Shown here in pieces: positions 30,875-40,607 of a DNA stretch of 64,000 nucleotides. Under the pieces are notes generated by a model. That model was not told the origin of the DNA. It ran no database searches and saw only the letters and a list, made by a program, of their open reading frames with translations. The number at the start of each line of letters is the position of its first letter. Position 1 is the first letter of the stretch. A program made the position numbers and the translations under genes. Source of the stretch: Sandaracinaceae bacterium (GTDB taxonomy: Bacteria > Myxococcota_A > Polyangia > Polyangiales > Sandaracinaceae); NCBI GenBank assembly GCA_040218145.1, contig JAVJQK010000024.1, positions 19,616 through 83,615 on the forward strand. The letters run 5' to 3'.

Positions 30875-33127
30875 TCACTCCTCGGAGGCGCTGGCGCCCT
30901 CGGGGTCGAGCCCGAGCTCTCGCGCCTTGTCGATCAGCTGCTGCAGCTTGCCCTTGTCGACCCCGCCGCGGCTCATCAGCTGGCCCAGCGCCGCGCTGAG
31001 CGTCAGCGACTGCACCGCCTGCGGCGTGACCCGCGGGCGCGTCAAGACGTCCTTCAGGTCTTGCGGGAGGCTGCTGTCGCCCGCGAGGTACTCCGCGAGC
31101 ACCTTCTGCGCGGTGTCCGACTGGCCGACGAAGCCGTCGATGCTCTGGCCCATGCCGACCGCCTTGACGAAGCGCTCGAAGAACTCCCCGTCGCCGCCGA
31201 CGATGTTCATCTTGGTGTTCTTGAACGCCTCGCCCAGGGTCTTCGCCTGCGCCTCGGCCACGTGCCGGTGGTTCTCGATCCGGGCGAGCTCGACCTCCTT
31301 GTCCTTCTCGAGCCGGATGCGGAACTCCTCGTGCTCCTTGGCCGCGCCCTGGAGCTTCTTCATCGCCTCGGCCTTCTCGCTCAGGCCGGCCGCCTCCGCG
31401 AGCAGCTTCTCGCGCACCGCGGTCGCCTCGGCGAGGCCCTGCTTCTCGACCGCCGCGGCCTTCTCGATCTCGACGTGCGCCTCGGCCATGCCCTTCTCGC
31501 GCTGGCCAGCCGCCTCGGCGAGGAGCTTCTCCTTCGCGCCCTGCGCCTCGGCGAGCAGGCGCTCGCGGGTGGCGTTCGCCTCGGCCTGGCCCTGCTTCTC
31601 GACCGCGGCCGCGTCGGCTTCGCGGACCTTCACGGTGGCGAGGCCCTTCTTCTCCTCGCCCGCCGCCTCGGCCTGCATCTGCTCGAGCGTCACGCGCGCC
31701 TTGACCATGCCCTCCTTCTCGATCGCGGCCGCCATGGCCTCCTTGACCTGCACGTCGGCGAGCCCGGGCGCGGCCGCCTCGGCCTTGGTTCCGTCCGCGG
31801 TGCGGATCTTCGCCTTGGCCTCCTTGTCGGCCGCCTCGAGCGAGGCGTCGGCGTCGATGAGCTTGGTGCGCGCCTGGAATTTCGCGACCTCCTCCTGCGC
31901 CTCGGCCGCCTTGATGTCCTTGACGAGCTTCTCCTGCGCCGCGGCCTCGGCCCCGATGCGGATGGTCTCCTTGTCGCGCTCGGCGGTGGCGAGGGCGCGC
32001 AGCGTCAGGATGCCCTCCTCCTCCTCGGCGACCTTCTTCTCGACCGAGATCCGGCCCGAGATGAGGTCGGCGATCTCCTTCTTCTCGGCCTCGAGCGCCT
32101 TCTCCTTCGAGATGCGCGACAGCTCCACCTCGCGCTCGCGCGACACGATCTCGAGGCCCTTGTCCTTCTCGACGCGCTCCGCCTCGACCGTGATCGTGCG
32201 CTGCTTGTTCCACTGCGCGACCGCGACCTGGCGCTGCTTGTTCTCCTCGGCGATCTGCATCTCCTCCTGAGCTGCGATCTTCGCCATCTCCGAGCGCTTG
32301 TTCTCCTCGGCGCGGATCTTGTCCGTCTCGGCCGTCTCGCGCGCCTGCATGACCGCGATCTCGCGCTGCTGCCGGGCGTGGGCCTCGGCGCGCTGCTTCT
32401 CGAGCTCGAACACCGCCTGGTCGGACTCGACGTTCTGGCGGGTGATCTCCTTGCGCTCGTCCTGCTTGTACTTGTTGGTCAGGACCGCCTGCTGCGTGGT
32501 GAGCATGGTGATCTTGTGGATGCCCTGGGCGTCGAGCACGTCCTGCGCGTCGAGGTGCTCGAGCGGCGTCTGCTCGAGGTAGTCGATGGCCGCGTCCTCG
32601 AGCACGAAGCCGTTCAGGTCCTCCCCGATGACCCGCACGATGTCGTCGCGGAACTTCTCCCGCTCCTTGTAGAGGTCCTCGAAGTCGAGGCGCTTGCCTA
32701 CCGTCTTGAGCGCCTCCGAGAACTTCGCCGCGAAGAGCTCTTCGACCGCGGCCTGCTCGGACGCGCGCCGGACGCCGACGCTCTGCGCGACCCGCAGCAC
32801 GTCCTCCTGGGTCTTGTTCACCCGGACGAAGAAGGTGACCTTGATGTCCGCGCGGATGTTGTCCTGGCAGATGAGCCCCTCGCCGCCGCGGCGGTCGACC
32901 TCGATGGTCTTGACCGAGATGTCCATCTCCTCGGCCCGGTTGATGACCGGCCAGACCATGCCCCCCGCGAAGCTCACCGTCGGTTCGCCGCGGGCCCCGT
33001 TGATGACCAGCGCGCGGCCCTGGTCCACCTTCCGGTAGAACCGCACCATCATCGTCAGGAAGCCGACGACCAACAGGAGGCCTACGCCTCCCACGACGGC
33101 GAATGGAAGAATGTCGTCCGGGCTCAT
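30875..33127 (-). CDS. Flotillin/SPFH (band-7) family protein with extended Ala/Glu/Lys-rich coiled-coil repeats
   Basis: N-terminal TM segment. SPFH core. Internal ~45-aa coiled-coil repeats. RBS GGAGGAG before ATG 33127. Confidence 0.85.
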   Translation of the reverse strand: MSPDDILPFAVVGGVGLLLVVGFLTMMVRFYRKVDQGRALVINGARGEPTVSFAGGMVWPVINRAEEMDISVKTIEVDRRGGEGLICQDNIRADIKVTFFVRVNKTQEDVLRVAQSVGVRRASEQAAVEELFAAKFSEALKTVGKRLDFEDLYKEREKFRDDIVRVIGEDLNGFVLEDAAIDYLEQTPLEHLDAQDVLDAQGIHKITMLTTQQAVLTNKYKQDERKEITRQNVESDQAVFELEKQRAEAHARQQREIAVMQARETAETDKIRAEENKRSEMAKIAAQEEMQIAEENKQRQVAVAQWNKQRTITVEAERVEKDKGLEIVSREREVELSRISKEKALEAEKKEIADLISGRISVEKKVAEEEEGILTLRALATAERDKETIRIGAEAAAQEKLVKDIKAAEAQEEVAKFQARTKLIDADASLEAADKEAKAKIRTADGTKAEAAAPGLADVQVKEAMAAAIEKEGMVKARVTLEQMQAEAAGEEKKGLATVKVREADAAAVEKQGQAEANATRERLLAEAQGAKEKLLAEAAGQREKGMAEAHVEIEKAAAVEKQGLAEATAVREKLLAEAAGLSEKAEAMKKLQGAAKEHEEFRIRLEKDKEVELARIENHRHVAEAQAKTLGEAFKNTKMNIVGGDGEFFERFVKAVGMGQSIDGFVGQSDTAQKVLAEYLAGDSSLPQDLKDVLTRPRVTPQAVQSLTLSAALGQLMSRGGVDKGKLQQLIDKARELGLDPEGASASEE

Positions 33128-33393
33128 CTCTGCTCTCCTCCGCTGACTCGACGCACGCCCGCGCCGGTCTCCGCGAGAGCCTGGCCCCTCCATGCCCCCC
33201 GAAGCGTCGCGAACGCCCGATCTACACGATCCCCGTGGTGGCTGTCAGCCGGACCTGTGAGGCCTCGGACCTGTGTCACCGACGGTTGTCGAGGAGTGCA
33301 ACAGGGAGCGGGGGCCCCCATTCCGGAAATCGGAGCCTGCCCGTGCCCGTGCCCGCGAATTCGCCCCGAGAATCCGCGGGCAAGAGCAGCCTG

Positions 33394-33786
33394 CTATCGC
33401 GGGCGGTGCTCGGTCCCGGCCCCGGCGGTGATGAAGACCGCGGTGGCGCTCTCGTCCACGTCCGCGGTGTGCCAGACGCCGGGCTCGTTGATCGCGTACT
33501 CCCCGGCCTTAAGCGTCACCGAGCGGGTCTCGCCGTCCGACTCCTGGATCAGCGTGATCTCCCCCGCCGTGCACAGCACGACCTCGTGCCCGCGCGGGTG
33601 CATCTCCCACGTCGTCCACGGCTCCGAGAAGGTGTGCATCGAGACGAGCCGCCCCTCCTCGCCGTCCGCCGCGTGGCGCGCGCCGTAGCCCGCGTACCAG
33701 CTCATCTCACCCGTGAAGTCCGGCTCGCGGACCGCGGTGGCCCCGAGGCCGAGGTGGATGGGATTGTTCGAGAGTCGGTCGGCCAT
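33394..33786 (-). CDS. Cupin-domain protein
   Basis: Cupin motifs HPRGHEVVLCTAGE and GEYAINEPGVWH. Confidence 0.55.
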   Translation of the reverse strand: MADRLSNNPIHLGLGATAVREPDFTGEMSWYAGYGARHAADGEEGRLVSMHTFSEPWTTWEMHPRGHEVVLCTAGEITLIQESDGETRSVTLKAGEYAINEPGVWHTADVDESATAVFITAGAGTEHRPR

Positions 33787-33863
33787 GCGCCCTTCTACCC
33801 GAGCGCCCGCGGCCGACCAAGTCCCGGCTCTGACGACGGCGCGTTCCGCGGGTATAGTCGGCC

Positions 33864-35615
33864 GTGACCTCGCGACCGCCGACCCCGAGCCGGCTCGCCG
33901 CGCCCGTGGCGCAGGCGATCCTCGAGGCGTTCCAGGAGCAGCGCGCCGGCTTCCTCGAGATCACGCGCCGGGCCCGCGAGAGCTTCGAGGCGCGGGACTG
34001 GGTGCGCTTCCGGGCCGACAGCAAGAAGCGTCTCGGGCTCTACCGGCAGCACGTCGACAAGGCGGAGATGCGGGTGCGCGTCCTCCTGGGCGAGCGCGCG
34101 AGAGACCGGCTCGTCTGGGTCAGCGCCAAGGCGGTGTACTCGGCGCTGATCGCGATGCGACAGGACTGGGACGTCGCCGAGACCTTCTTCAACGGGGTCA
34201 CGCGGCGGCTCTTCGACACGGTGGGCGTCGACCCGCTCGTCGAGTTCGTCGCGAGCGACTTCGACGCCCCGCCGTCCGAGCCGGAGCACCGGGTCTACCG
34301 CCGCTTCGCGGGCTCGGACGTGGCGGACCTCGTGTGCCGCGCGATCGCGTCGAACGTCTTCGCGCTCCCGTTCGTGGATCTCGAGGCCGACGCGGCGCTG
34401 GTCGCGGAGCGCGCCGCGGTGAAGCTCGCCGACATCGACCGCGGGCAGCCCGTCGCCTACGAGGTGCTCGAGGCGCCGTTCTTCCATGGCAAGGGGGCGT
34501 ACCTCGTCGGGCGGCTGGTGCTCCCCGCGGGCGCGGTGCTGCCGCTGGTGCTCGCGCTCCGGAATGGGCCCGAGGGGATCTTCGTCGACGCGGCGCTCAC
34601 CGAGTCGGACGACGTCTCCATCCTCTTCTCGTTCACGCGGAGTTACTTCCACGTGGACGCCGAGCGGCCGTACGACGTGATGCGCTTCCTGCGCTCGCTG
34701 ATCCCGAAGAAGCGCATCGCCGAGATCTACATCGCCATCGGCGAGCCCAAGCAGGGCAAGACCGAGCTGTACCGGGCGATCATGGATCACATCGACGAGT
34801 CGAGGGACACCTTCGGCTTCGCGCCCGGGACCCCGGGCCTCGTGATGGTGGTCTTCACCATGCCGGGCATGGACGTGGTGGTGAAGGTGATCCGCGACGA
34901 GTTCCCGCCCGAGAAGCAGTCGACGTCGACGGCCCACGTGCGCGACCGCTACAACTGGGTCTACGAGCACGACCGCGCGGGCCGGCTGGTGGACGCGCAG
35001 GAGTTCGAGTTCCTCGCCTTCCCCAAGGCGCGCTTCGAGCCCGCGCTGCTCGAGGAGCTGCTCGAGGAGTGCGGCAAGACGGTGCGCGTCGACGGCGACC
35101 GGGTGGTCATCGACCGCTGCTACGTCTCGCGACAGCTCGTGCCGCTGAACCTCTACATCCGGCAGCGCGAGCAGGCCGAGGCGCAGGCCGCGCTCGCGGA
35201 GTGGGGCAACTCCATCCGCGACATGGCGGCTTGCAACATCTTCCCCGGCGATCTGCTGCTGAAGAACTTCGGCGTCACCCGGCACGGGCGCGTCGCGCTC
35301 TACGACTACGACGAGCTGCAGCCGCTGACCGAGATGACCTTCCGTGACGTGCCCGAGGCGCGCTACGCGGAGGACGAGCTGCGGGCCGAGCCGTGGTACG
35401 CGGTCGGCGCGCACGACGTGTTTCCCGAGGAGTTCCCCCGGTTCCTCGCGGTCCCGGGGCGCCTCAAGGAGGGGCTCGCCCGCGACTGCGCCGACATCTT
35501 CGACGCCAGCTGGTGGCGCAAGGTCCAGGGCCGGGTCGAGCGCGGCAAGATCGTCGAGCTGGTGCCCTACGACGAGAAGCGCCGACTGCGCAGCGACCCC
35601 GCCGCGGACGACTGA
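33864..35615 (+). CDS. aceK: Bifunctional isocitrate dehydrogenase kinase/phosphatase
   Basis: AceK-specific blocks FNGVTRRLFD, LVMVVFTMPG.DVV.KVIRD.F.P.K, NIFPGDLLLKNFGVTRHGRVALYDYDE and EPWYAVGAHDVFPEEF. Confidence 0.88.
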   Translation: MTSRPPTPSRLAAPVAQAILEAFQEQRAGFLEITRRARESFEARDWVRFRADSKKRLGLYRQHVDKAEMRVRVLLGERARDRLVWVSAKAVYSALIAMRQDWDVAETFFNGVTRRLFDTVGVDPLVEFVASDFDAPPSEPEHRVYRRFAGSDVADLVCRAIASNVFALPFVDLEADAALVAERAAVKLADIDRGQPVAYEVLEAPFFHGKGAYLVGRLVLPAGAVLPLVLALRNGPEGIFVDAALTESDDVSILFSFTRSYFHVDAERPYDVMRFLRSLIPKKRIAEIYIAIGEPKQGKTELYRAIMDHIDESRDTFGFAPGTPGLVMVVFTMPGMDVVVKVIRDEFPPEKQSTSTAHVRDRYNWVYEHDRAGRLVDAQEFEFLAFPKARFEPALLEELLEECGKTVRVDGDRVVIDRCYVSRQLVPLNLYIRQREQAEAQAALAEWGNSIRDMAACNIFPGDLLLKNFGVTRHGRVALYDYDELQPLTEMTFRDVPEARYAEDELRAEPWYAVGAHDVFPEEFPRFLAVPGRLKEGLARDCADIFDASWWRKVQGRVERGKIVELVPYDEKRRLRSDPAADD

Positions 35616-35984
35616 TCAGTCGTAGAAGAGCTCCGACGCGTCGACCGTCTCGACGCCCTCCACGTCGTCCGCGATCGCGATCGCGCGCTCCCACTCGGCG
35701 CCGTCACGGACGCGGCCGCTGAGCCACACCGAGGTTCCGTCGACGCGCACCGAGATCGCCGAGGCGTCGAGGCCCTCGTCGCCGAGCTCCTCCTGGACCT
35801 CGTCGGCGATCTCCTCCTCGGTGGTCACGTGAAAGGTCGGCCCCTCCTGCATGGGGCCGAGGCCGTCGGCCATCGCGCCAGCGCCGCCAGCGGTGACGTT
35901 GTCGTTCACGACCACGGGCTCACTCTGGTCGCTCGCGCAGGCGCCGAGCGCGAGCGCGGCGCAGATCATCATCAAGGTTCGCAT
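35616..35984 (-). CDS. BON-domain lipoprotein
   Basis: Lipobox LALGAC. C-terminal BON-like region (ISVRVDGTSVWLSGRV). Confidence 0.55.
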   Translation of the reverse strand: MRTLMMICAALALGACASDQSEPVVVNDNVTAGGAGAMADGLGPMQEGPTFHVTTEEEIADEVQEELGDEGLDASAISVRVDGTSVWLSGRVRDGAEWERAIAIADDVEGVETVDASELFYD

Positions 35985-36197
35985 ACCCGGCGCTGGCGCA
36001 AGGCGCGTGCCGCCGCCGCGAGCGCCGCGCGCGGGCTCGCGCTTCGTGGCAGATCGTCCCGCCGAGCGTCCTCGCCCACCGACAGTCTCATCCACACGTG
36101 GCGGGGATCGCGTGGTCGCCGTTCGAGAGAAAAGCGGCGTGCTGATCGCGATACGGGTCAAGTCCCGGCCTGAACCACCGATCAGGGGGTTGAAGCC

Positions 36198-37901
36198 ATG
36201 CACCACACCCGCGTCTTCTTCATCGCCTGCTGTCTCTCCGCCTGTGGTGCGCCCACCGCGCAGGACGGCGCGCCGAGCGCGCGCTTCGACGGCGACCGAT
36301 GTGTCGCCGCGCTCGACGCTTGGGCGCTCCGGGGCGGGTTGCCGTCCGCGCTCCAGGATCCAGACGCGCCGCCGATCGGCGACGGCTCGCAGGCGGAGGC
36401 CTATCACCACGAGTGCTTCGGCGTGCCGACGACGCAGCTGTCGGTTCGGTGCGAGGCGTCCGACGCGAGGGCGTGCTTGCTCGTGGGGCTCGCGCTCACG
36501 GACGAGCTGACGGGAGACCGCGCCCAGGGCAGGGCGGCGTTCGCGAGGGCGTGCGCGGGCGGGGAGCGGCACGGCTGTCACCTCGAGGGCGTCGCGGCGT
36601 CGCGCGCGGGGGACGTCGAGGGCGCGACGGCGGCGCTCTCCACCGCGTGTGAGCAGGGCCTGGCCGCGGCGTGCGGCGAGTGGGGCGCGCTCACGGACGA
36701 TGGGCGGCGTGTGCGCCGGGCGTGCCGCGATGGGCACCTCCCGTCGTGCGAGACCGTCGAGTCGGCCAGCGCGGCCCGTCGGCTCTGCTACGCGGGCGTC
36801 GGGCACGCGTGTCACCGCGCCGTCGACGCCTGGCTCCGGGCCGAAGAGGAGCCCTTCGACGCGCGCGAGGCCGAGACGATGGCCGCGCGCGCGTGCGACG
36901 CGGGGGACGCGGACCTCTGCACCGGATCCCGGGCCGGGCAGCTGGCTCAGCGGCGGGCGCGTCGAGCCTGGCGCTCGCGCTGCGCGTCGGGGGACGCCGA
37001 GGGCTGCGTCGCGTCGCTCGAGCTGGCCGACCAGGCGGGGCTCACCGCGGAGGCGACGCAGGCGATGGCGCGCTTCTGCGCGGTCGAAGGCGCCCCCGCC
37101 GCGTGCCGTGCGGCGTGCGAGAGCCGGGGCAGCGCGCTCGTCGCGTCGCTCACCGAGGCCTGCGTGGGAGGCGAGGCCGAGGCCTGCCTCCGCGCGGCGA
37201 CGATGGTGCGCGCTGGCTGCGGCGCCACGGGCGGGGTGGCCTGCGTGCGTCGCTACGCGTTCGCGGGCTGCGCCGGCGGAGACTGCCCGGAGTGGTCGGC
37301 GCTCGAGGATCGCCCGGACGACGGCTCGGAGAGCTGCCCGCTGCCTCCCACCGTGGCGCTGCGCCTGCACGACGCCGACGATCTGCGCGAGGTGGCCGCG
37401 GCGCTCGAGGGCGCGGTCGACGACCGGTCCATGAGCTCGATCCGGGACCTGACCTCCGCCGCGCCCAACGTGTTCCCGGCCATCGACCGGTTCGGCCGCC
37501 GCATCGCCGTGCCCGAGCCCTGCGCCGAGCGGAGCGAGGGGTCCATCCGGGTGCTGCGCGCGGCCAACGGCGCGACGGTGGATAGCCTCCCGATCTGGCA
37601 GGCCCCCGCGCCCGGGCGCGACCGGGCGAGCCACGTGCGGGGGGTCATCCGGCCGCTCTTCGCCGCGCTCCCTCGCCGCCTCGAGGGCTTCCGGCCGATG
37701 CGACGGCTGGCCGAGGGGGACGACTTCCGTCGGGAGGGCCGCGTCGCCGTCGTCACCCACCAGGGGGCGCGGCTCCGCGTGGAGCTCCCGCGCGGCTGCG
37801 AGCGGGAGTCCGTCCGCGCGTGGCTGGACGAGGCGAGCGGCGCCGTCCTGGTGGAGCACCGCGCCTGCGGCGCCGTGTCCTTTCAGACCGGTCGCCTCTG
37901 A
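36198..37901 (+). CDS. Cys-rich lipoprotein with Sel1-like repeats (hypothetical)
   Basis: Lipobox LSAC. Regular A-C-x-G-x-x-x-x-C repeats. Confidence 0.5.
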   Translation: MHHTRVFFIACCLSACGAPTAQDGAPSARFDGDRCVAALDAWALRGGLPSALQDPDAPPIGDGSQAEAYHHECFGVPTTQLSVRCEASDARACLLVGLALTDELTGDRAQGRAAFARACAGGERHGCHLEGVAASRAGDVEGATAALSTACEQGLAAACGEWGALTDDGRRVRRACRDGHLPSCETVESASAARRLCYAGVGHACHRAVDAWLRAEEEPFDAREAETMAARACDAGDADLCTGSRAGQLAQRRARRAWRSRCASGDAEGCVASLELADQAGLTAEATQAMARFCAVEGAPAACRAACESRGSALVASLTEACVGGEAEACLRAATMVRAGCGATGGVACVRRYAFAGCAGGDCPEWSALEDRPDDGSESCPLPPTVALRLHDADDLREVAAALEGAVDDRSMSSIRDLTSAAPNVFPAIDRFGRRIAVPEPCAERSEGSIRVLRAANGATVDSLPIWQAPAPGRDRASHVRGVIRPLFAALPRRLEGFRPMRRLAEGDDFRREGRVAVVTHQGARLRVELPRGCERESVRAWLDEASGAVLVEHRACGAVSFQTGRL

Positions 37902-37935
37902 CCTCTCGCCTGCGATCGAGTACCCTGTCGCCGGG

Positions 37936-38997
37936 GTGGCGTTGGAGCGAGAAGCGGGAGCTCGGGTGCTGGTGGTGGACGACGACGAGCGCGTCCGCAC
38001 CTCGCTCGCGCGGCTGCTGCGCCGGATGGGCTACGAGGTCGAGGCGGCCGAGGGCGGGCTGTCCGCGCTCGAGCGACTGGAGCGCGGCGGGATCGACCTC
38101 GTGCTCCTCGACGTGATCATGCCCGACCTCGACGGGCTCAACGTGCTCAAGCGGCTCTCGGGCGACGTGCGCGTCGTGATGGTGAGCGGCGCCGACGACA
38201 CCAAGCTCGTCGCCGAGTGCATCCAGGAGGGCGCCGACGACTTCCTCCCGAAGCCCTTCGACGCGACCGTGCTCGCCGCGCGCATCCAGTCGTCGCTCGC
38301 CAAGAAGCGCCTTCGCGACCTCGAGCGTCGCTACGTCGCGCACCTCGAGGAGGAGGAGCGCAAGAAGGAGCGGTTGATCTCCAGCATGCTCCCGCCCCCG
38401 ATCGCGATGCGGCTGCAGGAGGGCGAGGAGAACATCGCGGAGAGCGTCGACGACGTCACGGTGATCTTCGCCGACATCGTCGGCTTCACGCAGCTCTCGC
38501 TCGAGCTGGAGCCGGAGCCGCTCGTGAAGCTGCTCAACCGGATCTTCCGCAGCTTCGACCAGCTGTGCGCCGAGCACGGGGTCGAGAAGATCAAGACCAT
38601 CGGCGACGCCTACCTCGCGGTGGGTGGGCTCCCCGGGTCGAAGGGGGATCACACCGCGCAGGTCGCCGCGCTCGCGATCGAGATGCGCCGGGTGCTGCCC
38701 CTCGTCACCGGGCGTGACCTGACGCTCCGCATCGGCATCCACGCCGGCCCCACGGTCACCGGGGTGATCGGGTCTGACAAGCTCTCTTTCGATCTCTGGG
38801 GGCCGACGGTGAACCTCGCGAGCCGGCTCGAGACCCACGGTCAGCCGGGACGCATCCAGGTGAGCGCCGTCGTCGCGGAGCGGCTCGCGGGTCGGTACGC
38901 GCTCGAGCCGCGCGGCACCGTGCACCTCAAGGGCATCGGCGAGGTCGAGACCTGGTTCCTCGAGCCGCTTCAGCCTCAGACATCTTCCGGATCGTAG
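37936..38997 (+). CDS. Response-regulator receiver fused to class III adenylate/guanylate cyclase
   Basis: VLVVDDDE...LVLLDVIMPDLDG (REC). Cyclase motifs VIFADIVGFT, KTIGDAYLAV and WGPTVNLASRLE. Confidence 0.82.
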   Translation: MALEREAGARVLVVDDDERVRTSLARLLRRMGYEVEAAEGGLSALERLERGGIDLVLLDVIMPDLDGLNVLKRLSGDVRVVMVSGADDTKLVAECIQEGADDFLPKPFDATVLAARIQSSLAKKRLRDLERRYVAHLEEEERKKERLISSMLPPPIAMRLQEGEENIAESVDDVTVIFADIVGFTQLSLELEPEPLVKLLNRIFRSFDQLCAEHGVEKIKTIGDAYLAVGGLPGSKGDHTAQVAALAIEMRRVLPLVTGRDLTLRIGIHAGPTVTGVIGSDKLSFDLWGPTVNLASRLETHGQPGRIQVSAVVAERLAGRYALEPRGTVHLKGIGEVETWFLEPLQPQTSSGS

Positions 38998-39356
38998 TCG
39001 CCGACGCTCTTCCAGAGGCAGACCATCGGGCTGAGACAGACGGTCGGGGCGGTGCTGAGGCACGGCTGCGGCCGCTGAAGCCGTCGCTTGCGCTCCTCGG
39101 CGTGACGGATCTCTGCGGGATCGAGGGGCGCCTCGACGTCGGCCTCCTCCTCCGGCACGGCAGGCGCGGGGGGCGCCTCGACGCCATCCGGGATCGGCTC
39201 CATCGGCGCCTCGGTGGTGGTCGTCGTCGCCTGCTCGACCGTCGGGCGTGGCGCCGGCTTGCCCTCGCAGCCCGCCGTCGTGAGGCCGGTGAGCGCGAGC
39301 GCGATGAGCTGCCGCCGGCGACGGAGGATGGCGTCGCGATCCGGATCGTCCCCCAT
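38976..39356 (-). CDS. Small hypothetical lipoprotein
   Basis: Lipobox LTTAGC. Confidence 0.4.
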   Translation of the reverse strand: MGDDPDRDAILRRRRQLIALALTGLTTAGCEGKPAPRPTVEQATTTTTEAPMEPIPDGVEAPPAPAVPEEEADVEAPLDPAEIRHAEERKRRLQRPQPCLSTAPTVCLSPMVCLWKSVGDYDPEDV

Positions 39357-39365
39357 CGGGAGAGC

Positions 39366-40460
39366 TTATCCGAGTCGGGCGAGGAAGCGATGGTCGGCGA
39401 CGCGCAAGAGCGCGCCCCGCGCCGAGAAGCGGCTCCCGAGCGCCAGCACCACGCGCGCGCCCTCCGCGGTCGGGGTCACGCGCCGGTCGTGCACGAAGTG
39501 CAGTCCGCCGCGCGCGTCGAGCACGTCGACCTCACCCAGAGCCGCGCCGGGGGCCCCAGTGGCGCTCGTCGCGTCGAGCGCGATCACGCACGCGACCGCG
39601 TCCGAGGCGCTGCCCCAGAGGCGCTCGACGGCGCGCGGCGCGCAGCTGACCTCGGCCACGGTGACGGCGCCGCGGGGGAACTCCACCCGCTCGCCCACCC
39701 GCGGCGCGTCGGCCCGCGCGATCGCCTGTCGTAGCTCGGCGTCGAAGCGCGCGTCGGCCTGCTCGAGGCGCCGCCGCGCGGTCGCCGAGCGGCGCCATCC
39801 GCGCCAGGCGGCGGCCTCGATCAAGTGCGCGCGCGCCTGACCGAGCGCCTGCGTCGGGCGCCGCAGGTCGGCCTCGTGCAGGGCCGGCCGCGCGCGCTCG
39901 ACCCGCGTGATGGCCTCCTCCGCCGCCGCGCTCGCCGCCTCGAAGCCTCGCGTCACCAGCCGCGGATCGACGGCGCGGCACTCCACCTCACCGTGCCCGG
40001 CCTGGGCCCGCATGCGCTCGTCGACCCGCACGCGCACCGTCGCGATGTGCTCGTCGAAGGTGATGTCGCGGTCGACGATCCGGAACGACAGCCGCTGCCC
40101 TCGACGCAGGCGCACGCCGGGGAAGCCGAAGACCTCCGTGCGCGAGTTCTCGGTGCCCCAGACCTGCCCGTCGACGCCGGCCCCGCGGAAGCGGACCCAG
40201 AGATCCGGGTCGGCGAAGAGATCCCAGCTGCCCGTGACGTGCACTCTGCACACGAGCAAGGCGTCCTGATCGGCCGCGCCCTCGATCCCGGAGGCGGACC
40301 CGCGGAAGAGCGCGCCGCGGTGCGCGAGCTGCGGCACGCGGGATCGGTCCCACGCGTGCTCGTCACGGCCCGCCCACTCGGGGAGCATCGTCTGCGCTTC
40401 GACCGGGGCGCTGCAGGCGAGCAGGCCCAGCAAGGGGAGGAGCGTCATGGTGCGTCGCAT
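39366..40460 (-). CDS. Hypothetical secreted protein
   Basis: Signal peptide LLPLLGLLACSAP. Confidence 0.5.
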   Translation of the reverse strand: MRRTMTLLPLLGLLACSAPVEAQTMLPEWAGRDEHAWDRSRVPQLAHRGALFRGSASGIEGAADQDALLVCRVHVTGSWDLFADPDLWVRFRGAGVDGQVWGTENSRTEVFGFPGVRLRRGQRLSFRIVDRDITFDEHIATVRVRVDERMRAQAGHGEVECRAVDPRLVTRGFEAASAAAEEAITRVERARPALHEADLRRPTQALGQARAHLIEAAAWRGWRRSATARRRLEQADARFDAELRQAIARADAPRVGERVEFPRGAVTVAEVSCAPRAVERLWGSASDAVACVIALDATSATGAPGAALGEVDVLDARGGLHFVHDRRVTPTAEGARVVLALGSRFSARGALLRVADHRFLARLG

Positions 40461-40607
40461 GGCTCCATGCTTCGCAAGCGCGGGGCCGCGGGCGCGCTCT
40501 CTAGCGAGACCGCGGAATCACGACGCTTTTGGCTTTGACGCGCTGCGTGAGAGGGCGTGCCTTCGATTCACACCGGCGACATCGACGTCGGGCGGTAAGC
40601 TCCGCCC

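Noticed and set aside
29405-33688. 1,427-aa plus-strand ORF across the flotillin/ATPase region
   Set aside because: It is antisense to two genes with clear SPFH and AAA+ motifs. The translation is Leu/Arg/Ala-rich with no domain signatures.
33103-33867. 254-aa plus-strand ORF overlapping the flotillin start, promoter region and cupin gene
   Set aside because: It spans an intergenic or promoter region and is antisense to the cupin ORF. It has no RBS and an Arg/Pro-rich composition.
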